Of a stretch of 64,000 bases of DNA, positions 13,229-26,005 are shown one piece after another (the stretch's first letter is position 1; every line of letters begins with the position of its first letter). The notes under the pieces were generated by a model, which saw nothing but the letters and a program-made list of their open reading frames with translations, did not search any database and was not told the DNA's origin. The position numbers and the translations under genes are program-made. This DNA comes from Octopus sinensis (Eukaryota): assembly GCF_006345805.1 (NCBI RefSeq), contig NC_043001.1, forward strand, positions 58,342,001 to 58,406,000, in the 5' to 3' direction.

Positions 13229-13605
13229 GGCGCAGGAGTGGATGTGTGGTAAATAGCTTGCTTACCAACCACATGGTTCCGGGTTCAGTCGCACTGCGTA
13301 ACATATTGGACAAGTGTCTTCTGCTATAGCCTCGGGCCTACCAAAGCCTTGTGAGTGGATTTGGTTGACGGAAACTGAAAGAAGCCCGTCGTATATATGT
13401 ATATATATATATGTTTGTGTGTCTGTGTTTGTCCCCCAACATCGCTTGACAAACGATGGTGGTGTGCTTACGTCCCCGTAACTTAGCGGTTCGGCAAAAG
13501 AGACCGATAGAATAAGTACTAGGCTTACAAAGAATAAGACCTGCTCCAGCATGGCCACAGTCAAATGACTGAAATATGTAAAAGAGTAAAAGAGAGTAAA
13601 AGAGA
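13229..13605 (+). mobile_element. tRNA-derived SINE family 2 (octopus OR2-like)
   Basis: A-box TGGATGTGTGG 13239-13249, B-box-like GGTTCAGTCGC 13282-13292, internal (TA)/(TG) tract, tail CCAGCATGGCCACAGTCAAATGACTGAAA. Second copy inverted at 25085-25491. Confidence 0.88.
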
Positions 13606-14464
13606 ATATATGATAGCCCTGAAACTATATATGATAGCAATATTTTCTTCCACTCACACAGAATTATATTGAAACAGAAGTGTCTAGATAATGCCGACTT
13701 GCATATCACTAACATACAAGTCGTAGAAAGTTCCATTATATTTACTCTATGTATACTCGACCAGGGTTCGCAAACAACTGCAAAAATGATGACGTAGATT
13801 AAAGCATTGACTCATTCTAAACTTGTCATAATCACTTTAACTAATTTAGTTGGGATACTTAGAGAACATTGGAAGAAATTTCTTGCAATATTTACTTAAG
13901 ACTTTTTACATTCAATTTCCGAAGTTGGCTTTACATTACATCATCCAAGGTTGATAAAGTATATGTTAAATTTATTCGATTAACTAGTATCCCAGCTGTA
14001 CAGCTTTAGATCTATGCTAACAATATTTTTTTCCTTCTTGAAGTTGGAGTTTCTAAAATGATAATAACATTCTCTCATTTCCAGACCTCTCAAAAACTAT
14101 AAAGCTCAGGGTAGCTAAAGTTCAGGAGCAGCTTTCATAATTGGATTCGTTGAAGTTGTAGCTTATTGAAAACTACGGTATTTAAGACATTCCAAACTCT
14201 GAAATTAATATAATATACACGATCCTTGCTGCTGCAATCCGCTAGCATTGTCTTTTGATTGTCTATAACGCCAAGTATTCTTGAATAGTTTATAGAATTT
14301 TTGCTATTTGTAATGGTATTGTATGGTGACTGCATAATATTTCACTGACAGAACCTCTCTACTTAAAATCGAAAAGCTCCTTTCTTAATCATCGCGAGGA
14401 AAATGTAGTATGATCACATCGGAGATCAATTTGTTTTATTGTTTGTGTTGGACCCGGCAATAAC

Positions 14465-14467
<3 letters not shown>

Positions 14468-14543
<76 letters not shown>

Positions 14544-14681
14544 TACATATATATATATATATATTATATATATATATATATATATATGCATACATATATA
14601 TATATATATAGATATATGTATATATACATATATATACATATATATATAATATATATATATATACATATACATATATATATA

Positions 14682-14728
<47 letters not shown>

Positions 14729-14766
14729 TATGTATCTGTGTTTGTGTTGAACACACTAATAATTAT

Positions 14767-14800
<34 letters not shown>
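14468..14800. repeat. Long imperfect (TA)n microsatellite
   Basis: Seen directly. Confidence 0.95.
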
Positions 14801-15115
14801 GAAGGCGCATGGTTTACTGGTTAGGGCGCTGCACTCACGATTTCGAGATCGTGGGTTCTATTCCCAGACCCATCGTTGCGTTGTGTTCTTGAGCAAAGCA
14901 CTTCTTTTCACGTTGCTCTGCGAGCATTTCGTCATTTGACATGTGGTACACGGTGCACCTGTACAAGTAGCGTCGATTTGATGGAGAGAGGGACCTTATG
15001 TGTACTCAAACAATTCATCACTACAAACACATTGTCTGTCTGGTTGTTCGGCAAGAAATTTAATTTTTTATACGCCACACCGGGCTATACATGGACAATA
15101 CAGGACAGACAATAA
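14801..15115 (+). mobile_element. tRNA-derived SINE family 3
   Basis: A-box TGGTTTACTGG 14810-14820 and B-box GGTTCTATTCC 14854-14864 at tRNA-like spacing, followed by GTTGTGTTCTTGAGCAAAGCACTT typical of invertebrate SINE bodies. Confidence 0.7.
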
Positions 15116-15371
15116 CAAGTAGGGGTCGTATACAGGCATGACAACAGGGTGGAATAGGTGGATAGGGGAACTATATGGAAAGTGTAGGCAATGTAAAAAT
15201 TGTGGGAATGTAAAAATGGGATGTTGGGCATGGAGACTCCACAAGCCACGATCCAATACTGCTCTCACATAGGAAACTTAGGGATGCACGCTCAAGTTAA
15301 CCACGTACAAGTACAACAGATGCGCCACTTGCATCCATCTGGTTATAAAGAAACCCGTCGGCAGCATGTCC

Positions 15372-15428
<57 letters not shown>
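15372..15428. repeat. (CT)n microsatellite
   Basis: Seen directly. Confidence 0.95.
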
Positions 15429-15429
<1 letters not shown>

Positions 15430-15509
15430 ACCGTAGTTTTCTTTTTAAGTGGTGGATGATATAGTTCCAAACAATGCTTTTTATCCGAATGGAAGGAGAA
15501 GGCCTCAGA

Positions 15510-16037
15510 ACTTTGGAATGCAAAAGCATCGTGTTAATTGATATTTTTCAAAACGCCTACACCATCAATGGAGCGTAACCCGCCATCATGGTGAGGTACA
15601 GATGAATGTTATTCAGCTTACATGAGCGTTTGGTCTTGATAGATCAAACGCAGAAGAAAGCTGACGAAATGTGTTTCGTTTCATCAGGACAATGCTCCAA
15701 TGCAAACGTCCTTTGTTTCAATGGCTGTTGTACGTAACTGTGGCATTGAACTGGTTGACCATGACTCCTATTCACCATAGTTTACCCCATCTGACTATCA
15801 TCTGTTCCCCAACGTGAAACACCTCTTGACTGAGAAGTGTATTGCAGTATGGTATGACGTCAAATAGGTTGTTGAGCCCTTTTTTGATGTAGGAAAGCTT
15901 CCCCATCAGCGGCACTCAAGTAACGCTACACCAATGGAAGATTTGTGTGGACCGCAAGGGGTACTACGAGGAAACATAAATAACATTTGATCATACTTCT
16001 TTGTCAGCCTATGAAATTTTCAGCCCACCATTCTGCA
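15510..16037 (+). mobile_element. Mariner (Tc1/mariner) transposase remnant with probable 3' terminal repeat
   Basis: Translates WNAKSIVLID...TING; FHQDNAP (HDNA motif); LVDHDSYSP*FTPSDYHLFPN (HPPYSPDLAPSDYHLF motif); CVDRKGYYE*. Ends CAGCCTATGAAATTTTCAGCCCACC. Confidence 0.85.
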
Positions 16038-18339
16038 TACATACATATATATTTAATATATGTTTGTTTCAAATAAAATTACCTATGGTAAAGCATCAGC
16101 GTTGTCAGTTGCCTAGATAAAAATTTTAATAACCCAAACGTATATTAAATATGTTAAAATATACTCTTAGTGTATTAAATTCATATTCTTGTTGAGATAA
16201 GATAAACATACCACACAATGGCAATGATCATCACATAAGAAGAAGTAATACTCTTGAAACTCAAAGGTTTTCCGAAGTTTGCATGACAATGAGGAAAATA
16301 AATTTTGAGTGTAGAAGGACAACTACGGACACATTTTTTTCTGTCTCTGTATATGCCACTAACTTAAAATTTGGCGTACCTAAACATATACAAAAGGTGT
16401 AAAAAACATTTATGTACATACCTTTGACCACCCTCACTTACTCTTCTTAATTTATTTTTGTTTAAATCATTCAAGGTACCCTAGCCCATAAAGTTTTCCT
16501 AGAGAAATGGGGTAGCGGTAGCATGTGTTTCTGCAGCTTTCTGTGGTGGATAAGCTACCTACTCTTTTACTTGAGCATAAAGCAATTAAAGTAGCGCGAA
16601 CACAGGAAGCTGGCAGCCCTCTGCATTTCGCACATCCCATACACTGGAGGCTCCGCTACTGTTCTTATGTTGCGCGTTACTATCTTTATCAGAGTTGTTG
16701 AATATTCGACTTATATTATATCCTTTGATTGATGATTGCTTGCTAGGAAGTTACACAAATAAGTGATTTTCAATTCCAGTTTTCAATCTCTCCCTCTAAG
16801 TGAAGAAGATTTGTTTCTACATTATCCTTGTTAGCCAATACATAGTTAGATAAATGCAGTACCCCAGAACTGCAGTAGTTCAATGACTGAAACCAGAGGG
16901 AGTAAAAGAAATGCATGATTTCCTCCTTATTTCATACGATCTGCTTTGAAAGTGTTACCATGAGATGTTGAACTGAATATTTTTGATGCTTGCTGTAAAT
17001 AAGTCAACCGCGAATATATGAGTGACTTGTACATCGTCACTCGATGCTCTAAAATTGAATCTAAGTGTCTTTCAAATCAAGTCATATTGTTTTCTTGAGA
17101 CACAAAAGAATACTACAAGAATACTACTTTGATGCACGCCATAGCTACGTAAGAAAAGATGTCCATAGACTGATTGACATTGAACGTATGTGCAGTGCAT
17201 TAGGGTTCACTTGAAGTCTAACACCAGCAAAAAGGGCAGCAACTATCTACCGAACAAAAGAGATGCTGACAACATCGGAGCTTCTCGGTTGTCGCTCTTC
17301 ATATGAGAAAGTTTAGGAAACATTTCTCACTTCGTTTGAGAGAAAGACATTGTAGATTATATGGCTTTGAGCCGGCCGTTGATAAAACAGAGCACAAAGG
17401 TGCAATAACGTGAGTCGAAACCACAACTACAAGAACAAAATACCAGCCAAGAATCCAACTGTCGAGTGAAGTACGGAGACACGAATTGCGTTGAAGAAGC
17501 TCATCCTAGTAGATTTATTACTCACATTTTCCCCAAGTTATTAACATGTATCATAGCAGCTTTGTGAAATATGGCTAAATTTGCCGCTGTTAAAATTCTA
17601 CTGCAAAAAAAAAAAAGGGCTGAGTCTCAGATGGAATATCGTTGATCCTGGGTCTGCTCAGTCGACGTTATCTTGCAGCTAAGCAACAACCAAACATCCA
17701 GGTGACCTATTAACAACCAAATTGTTTTTATTCCATATCTTGCATCTGCCGCTTCACCGTGTATCTGACAATGCTATAAATAGGCAACATTATGAGGAAA
17801 CATTTATTGTTTCTTACCAATTTTCTCTATAGAGTCTAATCTGAAGTCAGGCAATACAGTTTTATCCTCTTTGTTCAGGAAAGCTTCTACTGGGAAATCA
17901 AATCAGCAACTCATGCTATACGATTTAGTTTTATTACAATATGGGAATTTCTCCACGCCGTACGCCCCGCTCACTTTACTTCTCAACCATTTCATTTCCC
18001 TTTCTTCTCACCCTTTCTTTCAAATACACGATTTCTCTTCACAAACTACCCTTCATTCCTCTCTCCTCTCTCTCTCTCTTTCCTTTTCACTCAGTAAATT
18101 ATCTATTCACTCACTGAACTTTCCTTCCATATAATATTCACTAAATAACGCTAGTAAACAAAAAACGATATATATTAAAAAGACTAATAGCCTTTGAAGA
18201 TATAAAACGATCAAAGACATATTAACTGTATATGTAATACGTAATTACATAAATGAATAAATAAAATAATTAATGAAAAATGAAATGAATCAAATGATCT
18301 AAAGCAAATCAATATTACGGGGTATTTCAGGAAAACTTC

Positions 18340-18435
18340 TTGATTGATAGACACATACACACAAACGCACAAACATACATACATGCATACATACATTCAT
18401 ACATACACATACACAACATATAAACAAATATGTAT

Positions 18436-18470
<35 letters not shown>

Positions 18471-18580
18471 CACCAATATGTATGTGTGTGTGCGTGTATT
18501 ATTTATACATATACTCATATCTACACACATACGTGTCACGAGTGTGATTATATTTGTTATGTGTGTATAGATATGTGCAT
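18340..18580. repeat. Compound (CA)/(TA)/(CATA) microsatellite
   Basis: Seen directly. Confidence 0.9.
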
Positions 18581-18798
18581 CTTTCTTTTTATCATTTATA
18601 TATACATGGGCACGATGTCACAGGCGCCCAAGCGAAGCAAGCGGCCTCAGTAGGGCGAATGGAACTTCTTCATCTCACAGCACAACATCTCCAAAATCAT
18701 ACCATACAAACTTAAAATAGAAATATTATATAGCCTTCTTTGCTGAATATATCTGCATATATTTTCAAATATTTCTTACATAAAATTTCTTTCTACAG

Positions 18799-19002
18799 AA
18801 TTCCAGTCGCAAGAAGTTGTTTATGTCGATCGCAGAATTCGATAAGACATTCACCTCAATACCGGATAGTGGATCTAAGCCAGGTTCTATAATGTTGTCA
18901 AAGAATATGTTTAAGTGGAAGACCAAAACTAAATTTCAATTTCTACAACATGAAAACGCTGAAAAAGAGCCAGACCAAGAACAGATTCTGAAAAAATACT
19001 AA
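18799..19002 (+). CDS. Possible terminal coding exon of an unknown host gene
   Basis: Strong acceptor TTTCTTTCTACAG at 18786-18798 followed by a non-repetitive open frame (NSSRKKLFMSIAEFDK...QILKKY*); no homology recognised. Confidence 0.25.
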   Translation, partial: NSSRKKLFMSIAEFDKTFTSIPDSGSKPGSIMLSKNMFKWKTKTKFQFLQHENAEKEPDQEQILKKY

Positions 19003-19085
19003 CAACAATGATGATGATGATAATAATAACAACAACAACAACAACAACAATAATAACAATAATCATGCATTTTCATCTTAAACTA

Positions 19086-19195
19086 TTGGAAATGTTATCA
19101 TGTACATTTTTGTCTTCGTGTAAATATTGGGCTACAGCAAATATTCTAATCAATACTACATATTTACTTGTCTGTTTTGCATATTTACTTGTCTG
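19086..19195 (+). mobile_element. Old fragment of the ~555-bp TAA-associated element
   Basis: TTGGAAATGTTATCATGTACATT...GGGCTACAGCAAATATTCT matches ~59320-59410. Confidence 0.7.
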
Positions 19196-19740
19196 AGGAC
19201 TAATTGCTATAGTCCATTGTATAAGGAGTGAAAGGAGAACACTTGCCGAGTATTTCATAAATAGTGATGAAGATCTTCTGCAATAGGTCGCGAAAGATAT
19301 GGGTTTAAATGCAGATGAAATGGTGCGCAAGTAAGGGTTTAACCAAAGAGTGGAGGAGAAGAGAAAAGAAGACCTTGAAATGAGAATGCATGAACTGTTT
19401 GAAAGGAATACGCAAGACGCAAGACGTTAAGGATAATACAACATCGTGGGCATGGCTTGAGCGAGGTGATTTGAAGCGTACTATTGAAAGTCTGATCATT
19501 GCTGCACAAGACCAGGCTCTAGCTAGCAAGTCAGTGAAGTATTACTTCTATAAAACTTCTGACACACAGAAATGCAGACTCTGTGGAACGAGTGTGGAAA
19601 ATGTGACCCACTTGGTAAGTGGTGGTGAAAGCCTTGCTCAAAAAGAAGACAAGCGCTGCTACGATAATGTTTGTGTGTGTATCTTTATTGGCTCTTATGC
19701 CGTAAATACCAAGACTGTATGGAATGAGAGAGAGTAATGT
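19196..19740 (+). mobile_element. R4/Dong-clade fragment (CCHC region), same subfamily as 49720-51178
   Basis: SWAWLERGDLKRTIESLIIAAQDQALAS...KCRLCGTSVENVTHLVSG...RCYDNV. Confidence 0.85.
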
Positions 19741-19781
19741 AAAAGTGATACAACAACAATAACAACAACAACAACAACAAC

Positions 19782-19842
<61 letters not shown>

Positions 19843-19861
19843 TAATAATAATAATAATATT

Positions 19862-20937
19862 AAGCAGCAAAAAATCGCATTCTAAGGTCAAGGAGGCTTG
19901 TAAACTAGCAAGGAAACTGGTCATTAACACTGAGATAGTGGAAGAATCTGAAAGCACTGCCACCAAACAAGCAAAACTGATCAAGCAGACTTCAAAAATG
20001 AACGGATTCATGAGCAGTGCGGACACAAGCCTCTACATGAACTTCGAAATGAAAATGCTGATGTAGACCAAGCAACAATCCATTAGTAGCAGAGATGTTT
20101 AGGACTAATAGCAGAGGTTTGAAATTGGCGGCAAAAGATTAAAACGTGCTTGGAAAAAACTATCAGGCTAAAGTTCTTCAAAATGGTTCTGACTCGTATT
20201 GCAGATTCTGCGACACATTCGACGAAACATTACACCATCTTGTCCCGCGATGTCCTGTGCTGACACCAAACGAATGCAAGTATAACCACGATAGAGTAGG
20301 ATAGCATTTTCATTGAAAAATATGTAAACACTACAAAATCAGCACTCCTGCATACTAGTATGAACCTCACTCCAAGCCAATCTTTGAAAGTAAAAATTTC
20401 GCTATCCTCTGGGATTTTCCACCCAACACTGACAGAAAGATCTACGCTGATCGATTAGGTATAATTATTAAACACAAGTAACAAAACACTTGTAGACTAA
20501 TAGATGTAAGTGTTCCAAATGATGAAAATAAATTTGTAAAGGAATTTGACAAATTAAGTAAATATAAGGACCTCGTTACTGAAATATAAAACATGTGGCA
20601 TTCGAAAGCGAGAACTGCTCCTGTTATTGTAGGTGTCCTAGCTTTGATAGAAAAGGGATGTCAGAAACATATAGATAGTATCACAGGAAAACCATATTCC
20701 AGAGAAACCCCAAATTTTTTCTGTTGACAATTACTGCCCACATCCAAAGAAAAAAACCTACTCATTTAAATGTCTGTGTTGTATTACATGAAGATATTTT
20801 GCTAGGGCTCCTAAAACTTCTCTTCCTCAAGCTTTCTGTCAAACTCCAGCATCTCTTAATCTTTCAGTTGCCCCAGGACGCTGGTTGTGTCCCGGCAAGT
20901 GAAAGTAACGAATATGCAATTTAAAAGTAAAAAAGAA
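19862..20937 (+). mobile_element. 5'-truncated decayed R4/Dong element (RLE domain + 3' UTR) between (AAT)n tracts
   Basis: HDRVG, ILWDF, IDVSVPND...KEFDKLSKYKDL...PVIVGVL; 3' hairpin 20869-20897; flanked by (CAA)/(AAT)n 19750-19860 and (AAT)n 20937-21006. Confidence 0.88.
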
Positions 20938-21006
<69 letters not shown>

Positions 21007-21859
21007 CAGTATTATTATTATTATTATTATTATCAACATCATCATCATCATCAGCAGCAGCAGCATCATCATATGTGCATATTCCTGCAGAATACGAGGA
21101 AAAAAATATATACACATACTCGCCAATATACCATACGGATCAATAAACAACATTGAATTGTATTCTAAGACAAGACAAGTCAAGACTGCGCGATAAGCAC
21201 ATGCTAATACTACATTTTCCTACATCAACAACACCACTACTTTTATGAACGATATCATAGTCCTCCACATCTACCACTCCGTCTTTCTCATTCTGTTACT
21301 TTCCCCATATTCTCCTCTTCCTCATCATCACGATTTTCATCCCCATGATCGATATATTATTTCAATGCGCTTTTTCTTCTTGTTACCATGGCTTAGTCAA
21401 ACCTGAAGTGTTGCATATTCTTTATATTTTAGCCATGCATATAAACTTGCCCCTGGGCTCTAAAACATTATAACTAATTTAAATGAATCACGGGTTTCTC
21501 AGAAATTTGGGATAAGAGGATTCAAAGCCGAGATAATTGGTTACTGATTATATGGGAGAATCATCGAACACAAGCGAATTGAAAGACTAGTGACGTAACG
21601 AATCGCTGACGATAACTGTAGTAACCTTGTATTGTGCTTCGTAATTATCATTCGCTAACTACTAAATCTACAGCTTTAAATGATTTTTTAATGGATACTG
21701 ACAGACACGTAACGTTTCACCGAGAGAGTATTCATTGTTCGTCTGTAGAAAATTTGAATGAACGCCAAATAATCAGATTCCATGACCTCTCTCTCACTAC
21801 TAGAGCTTCAGAATTAATTCTCCAAGTGGCCATCCATATTTCCCTTTATGTATCCACGC

Positions 21860-22068
21860 AAACACACATACACACACACACACACACACATACACTCATG
21901 TATGTATACATCTACGTATGTGTGTGTACATCAGCATGTACACATTTATATACATACACACAAAAACGCATACTTTCACACAGACATACACACACACACA
22001 TATACATAAACCAGATATATATATATATAGACGTATAAATGCATATATATTTCTATACTTATATATAT

Positions 22069-22124
<56 letters not shown>

Positions 22125-22160
22125 ATATATAATATATATATATATATATACATACATACA
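21860..22160. repeat. Compound (CA)n/(TA)n microsatellite
   Basis: Seen directly. Confidence 0.95.
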
Positions 22161-22559
22161 AACTTGAACACGAACAAGAATAAAGATAATCACATCTTTA
22201 ATTTACATCGTATACTACTGATGATCGTTTCTTTGTGCCAGAATTTTGACACATAGAAATGGAAAAGCATTAAATACCAGTCAAAATGATATCATGGGAA
22301 ATTTATGCTAAAACAGTCTTATCAAGGTAATCCTAAATAGGTTAATTTAAAAGGGAACTGAAATAATATCTACAATACATTAACACGTACAAAAAGTGCA
22401 TTATGAAGGAATATAATATTCTAAGAAAGGCAAGTTTTGTATTTAAACTTACGCTGATGTCAATAACTAACTAAAGTATAAAATATATGCATGGAAATTC
22501 TATGTAAGAATTTCTAATTATTTAGCTATGTATAGCTAGATTGATCACATATATTTATA

Positions 22560-22985
22560 ATAATGTAGGTATAATGATAGGTATAATGCTAATTATAATA
22601 ATGCAGACTTAATAGCTAATTTGAAGAATGCAACCACCAACGATAGGTATTACGTCAATATTATTAATAATAAAAAGTATTGCCCAAATAATAACAATAG
22701 ACCAAAGAAGAGTAATCCTAATCATGCGAACCAAGGAAACGATACTGTCTGGATAATGTTACCATATGCTATACAAATCAAAAACAACTTAGTAAAAATT
22801 ATCTTTAAACAATTAAAAAAAAATTTATAAAACGATAAATAAATACTGGGAAATCATTAATAGTATAACAATATGAATAGGTTACAGCCTTAAACATAAC
22901 CTGGTCTCTCTCAGCACCTCCATGAATAATAAAACACTTGACACTTTTTATTACTTAGTAAACATAACAACAGTGATATCAACAC

Positions 22986-23058
<73 letters not shown>

Positions 23059-23678
23059 AAGAAGAAGAAGAAGAAGAAGAAGAAGAAGAAGAAGAAGAAG
23101 AAGAAGAAGAAGAAGAAGAAGAAGAAGATTGCAACAAATGTTGCGCCTAATATACACACTAACCGAACCAGTGTAGACCCAGCACATCAGTATAAACTTT
23201 GTGATTGTAGAAATAGTAGCAATCTTGTGTTTAGTAATAATAGCAATAAAAAAGTAATAGTATACCAATGTTTCGTAAGTACTCAATCGAGCAATAAGGT
23301 ATATGCGGGCGTCACACAAAACCATATGAAACGTAAACTGAATTATCATTTGTATACGTTCAGAAACAGAAATAGGAGGAATTCAACTGGTTTGAGTAAT
23401 TTTATATGTGACCTTAATGATAAGTGTGTTAGTTATGACCTTCACTGGAAAATCTTGGCCTCAGCACCAGCATATGATTTAAGAAATAAGAAATGTTTAG
23501 GAAATTACTACTTTTAAATCTCACAACGAGAGATATACAGCAACAGTATTTTGTAGTAAATATTGTTTGCCAAAATAATATGGCAGTCCTGGTTTACGAC
23601 GAATTTGATGTACTTTAGCCCAAGAACACATCGTCTCCAGCTGGCTATACGACACAATCTGTGTTCTTATATTTTCGA
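22560..23678 (+). mobile_element. Penelope-like element 3' portion (post-RT region, Cys linker, GIY-YIG endonuclease, 3' UTR), Neptune-like
   Basis: VWIMLPY; LCDCRN linker; IVYQC...VYAGVTQNHMKRKLNYH...FRN...NSTGLSNFICDL...LHWKILASAPAY...KC (GIY-YIG of PLEs). Interrupted by (AAT)n(GAA)n at 22986-23127. Confidence 0.88.
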
Positions 23679-24622
23679 TTGGTGAGTTGGTTCTCATCGA
23701 ACCGCAGAGCACCTCCAAGGAAGTCATCATTTTTTGCCTCTATCAACCTTCTATAGAACATCGAGATGGTATTCCCGCAGCCGGCCTTACCGCCTTGTGG
23801 ATTAGCCAGAGTGCCTGTCGGCACTCCTTCTGCCATAAAGTCAGGTTCCCTCTTTTTATGAAACCGGGTTTAAATCTCTCCATAGAAGCGAGTCGCGGGA
23901 AGAATTCCTCTGCCAGTGGATTCCACACCTTATCACCTTCCAGGTGGTGCCAGAGATGTCTCAACTTCGGCACATGTCTGCACATCATTATCCAAGGCAT
24001 CCCCAGCTCGCTCTTTAACGGTTCACAAAAAGCGGAAAAGGATTCATTCCAAAGTGTTTAGCCACGAATCGGGGCAAGGGACAACAGTTAGGCGGTAAGT
24101 GATTACAGATGCCATGAATATCTGCACCACATCCGCCCTTCCTTCGTTGGACACGATGAAGGTGATGTCATCCGCATAAGCAGATACAGAGTTACCGCAT
24201 CCGATTTTATTAGTGTTGCCTCCAAACTTCTCCAACTTCCGCACTTACGGCTCAAGAGCCAACACTTACATAAGCGGAAACAGGGGACACCCTTGATGAA
24301 CTGAGCGCTTGATCGAAAACAGCTCTGTTAGCTAGCCGTTTATCTGGGCTGTGGACATGAAGCTACTGTACATAGCGGAGATCCACCCGTAAAAGCCAGG
24401 GCCCAACCCAGCCGCTTCGAGGACTGCCGCCAGATACCGATGGTCAAACCTATCGAATGCTTTACTTTGGTCTAAATGGACCATTGCCTCTCCTTTGCCG
24501 GCTAATTTCCTAACCCTGTCTAAGGTGTAGCGGACAAGGTGAAGATTGTTCTGGATCAACCTACCAGGGATTGCACATATATGTACCTTCCCTACAAGCT
24601 TCTCCACGACAGCCGTCAACCT
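23678..24622 (-). mobile_element. Tx1/L1-clade RT fragment
   Basis: CAIPGRLIQNNL...HLDQSKAFDRFDH; SVHQGCPLFPLM; SAYADDIT; GMPWIMMCRH. Confidence 0.9.
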
Positions 24623-25084
24623 TAGCCAGAATAGCTCTCATTGTAATTGTAATTAATTCTATAATTTGACAAATTTGAACTTCACAGCCTTATACAATTA
24701 TAATACCACATATGGTTCATAATCTTCTATAAGCTTTAGCTCTATCCTAACATGAATACTTTATATTTCTATATGTAATTGAAAATAACCTCAACTTTAT
24801 TTTAAGTGTGTAAATATCTCTCTATACACCCAAAATGGGAACGTAATACACAGTTACCCCGCTTCATTTGTAGTCTACAAATCTGAATATATATTCATTC
24901 ATTCATTTCAACTTTTTCCTTTTCTATCACGGACAATTGCTTGTAAATTTCAAAGTATCACTTAGATCTATCCATAACGGAGTAACATTTCCTAATTCTT
25001 ACTTTAGTGCATTATTTCTCTCTGCATTTTAAAACAATAATGTACTAATCGGTTACCTCCCTCCGATAGAGTCCAGTTTTGTTT

Positions 25085-25491
25085 ATTTTTTCCATTCATT
25101 GCTTCAGCCTTTATTTGACTGTGGCCATGCTGGAGCACTGCCTTTATTCGAGCAAATCGACCGCAGGATTTATTTTTTGTAAGCCTAGTACTTATTCTAT
25201 CAGTCACATTTGCCGAACCGCTAAATTACGGGGACGTAAACACACAGACATCGGTTGTCAAGCGATGTTGGGGGGACAAACACAGACATACACACACGTA
25301 CATATATACATATATATATATACATATACGACGGGCTTCTTTCAGTTTCCGTCTACCAAATCCACTCACAAGATTTTGTTCGGCCCGAAGCTATAGTAGA
25401 AGACACTTGCCCAAGATGTCACGCAGTGGGACTACACCCGGAACCATATGGTTCGTAAGGAAGCTACTTTACACACACCCACTTCTACGCC
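25085..25491 (-). mobile_element. tRNA-derived SINE family 2 copy
   Basis: Reverse-complement homolog of 13229-13605 over its whole length. Confidence 0.88.
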
Positions 25492-25857
25492 CATATGTAT
25501 GGATTTCCCCAAACAAGTTCACATTAGTTAACTTTCTCAATTCTTTTTATAATGCATTATTATATAACAGTTAGCCTTAAATTTTTGACCCCCTATGATA
25601 TGGACCATCCCATCGAACTCACTCCACAACGTCTTACACTCGCTAGTTCTCCTAATCAAAAATGAAATAGGATGTAATTCTGATAACCCGTGGAAATTAC
25701 TCCTGGAAGTGACTTTTTCACCATAAGATGTAATACCATGCATTATGGATATCACCTTGGAATTGACCTTTATACCATTCCTTACTATTTCTATTACGTT
25801 ATTATTTTATTTTACTATTTTACCTTACTTCTTCACATGTTAGATTCCTAACATTAT

Positions 25858-26005
25858 TGTCTTCCTGATGAAGCTTTGCTGCTCAGTCATTATGGAATCC
25901 CTGTCCACTGTTTGTTCAACCTTTGTAAAGTCCCTGTATATTACTGACATGGTGTGGAAAATTTGGCAGATTGGGCAACCCCATAGTAGAAACAGCTGTA
26001 AGAGC
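25858..26005 (+). ncRNA. Type-I hammerhead-like motif with a long extended stem II
   Basis: CTGATGA 25865-25871; GAAA 25989-25992; palindromic stem III ACAGCTGT; GTA triplet ending 26000. The insert pairs TGCTCAGTC with GATTGGGCA. Stem I is weak. Confidence 0.5.

Noticed and set aside
13229-13300. tRNA-like A/B boxes here and at 14801 and 25491
   Set aside because: No complete cloverleaf, and each continues into a repeat body; these are SINE heads, not tRNA genes.
15660-15690. Minus-strand CTGATGAAACGAAAC hammerhead-like string
   Set aside because: No stem II; it is simply the antisense of the mariner FHQDNA codons.
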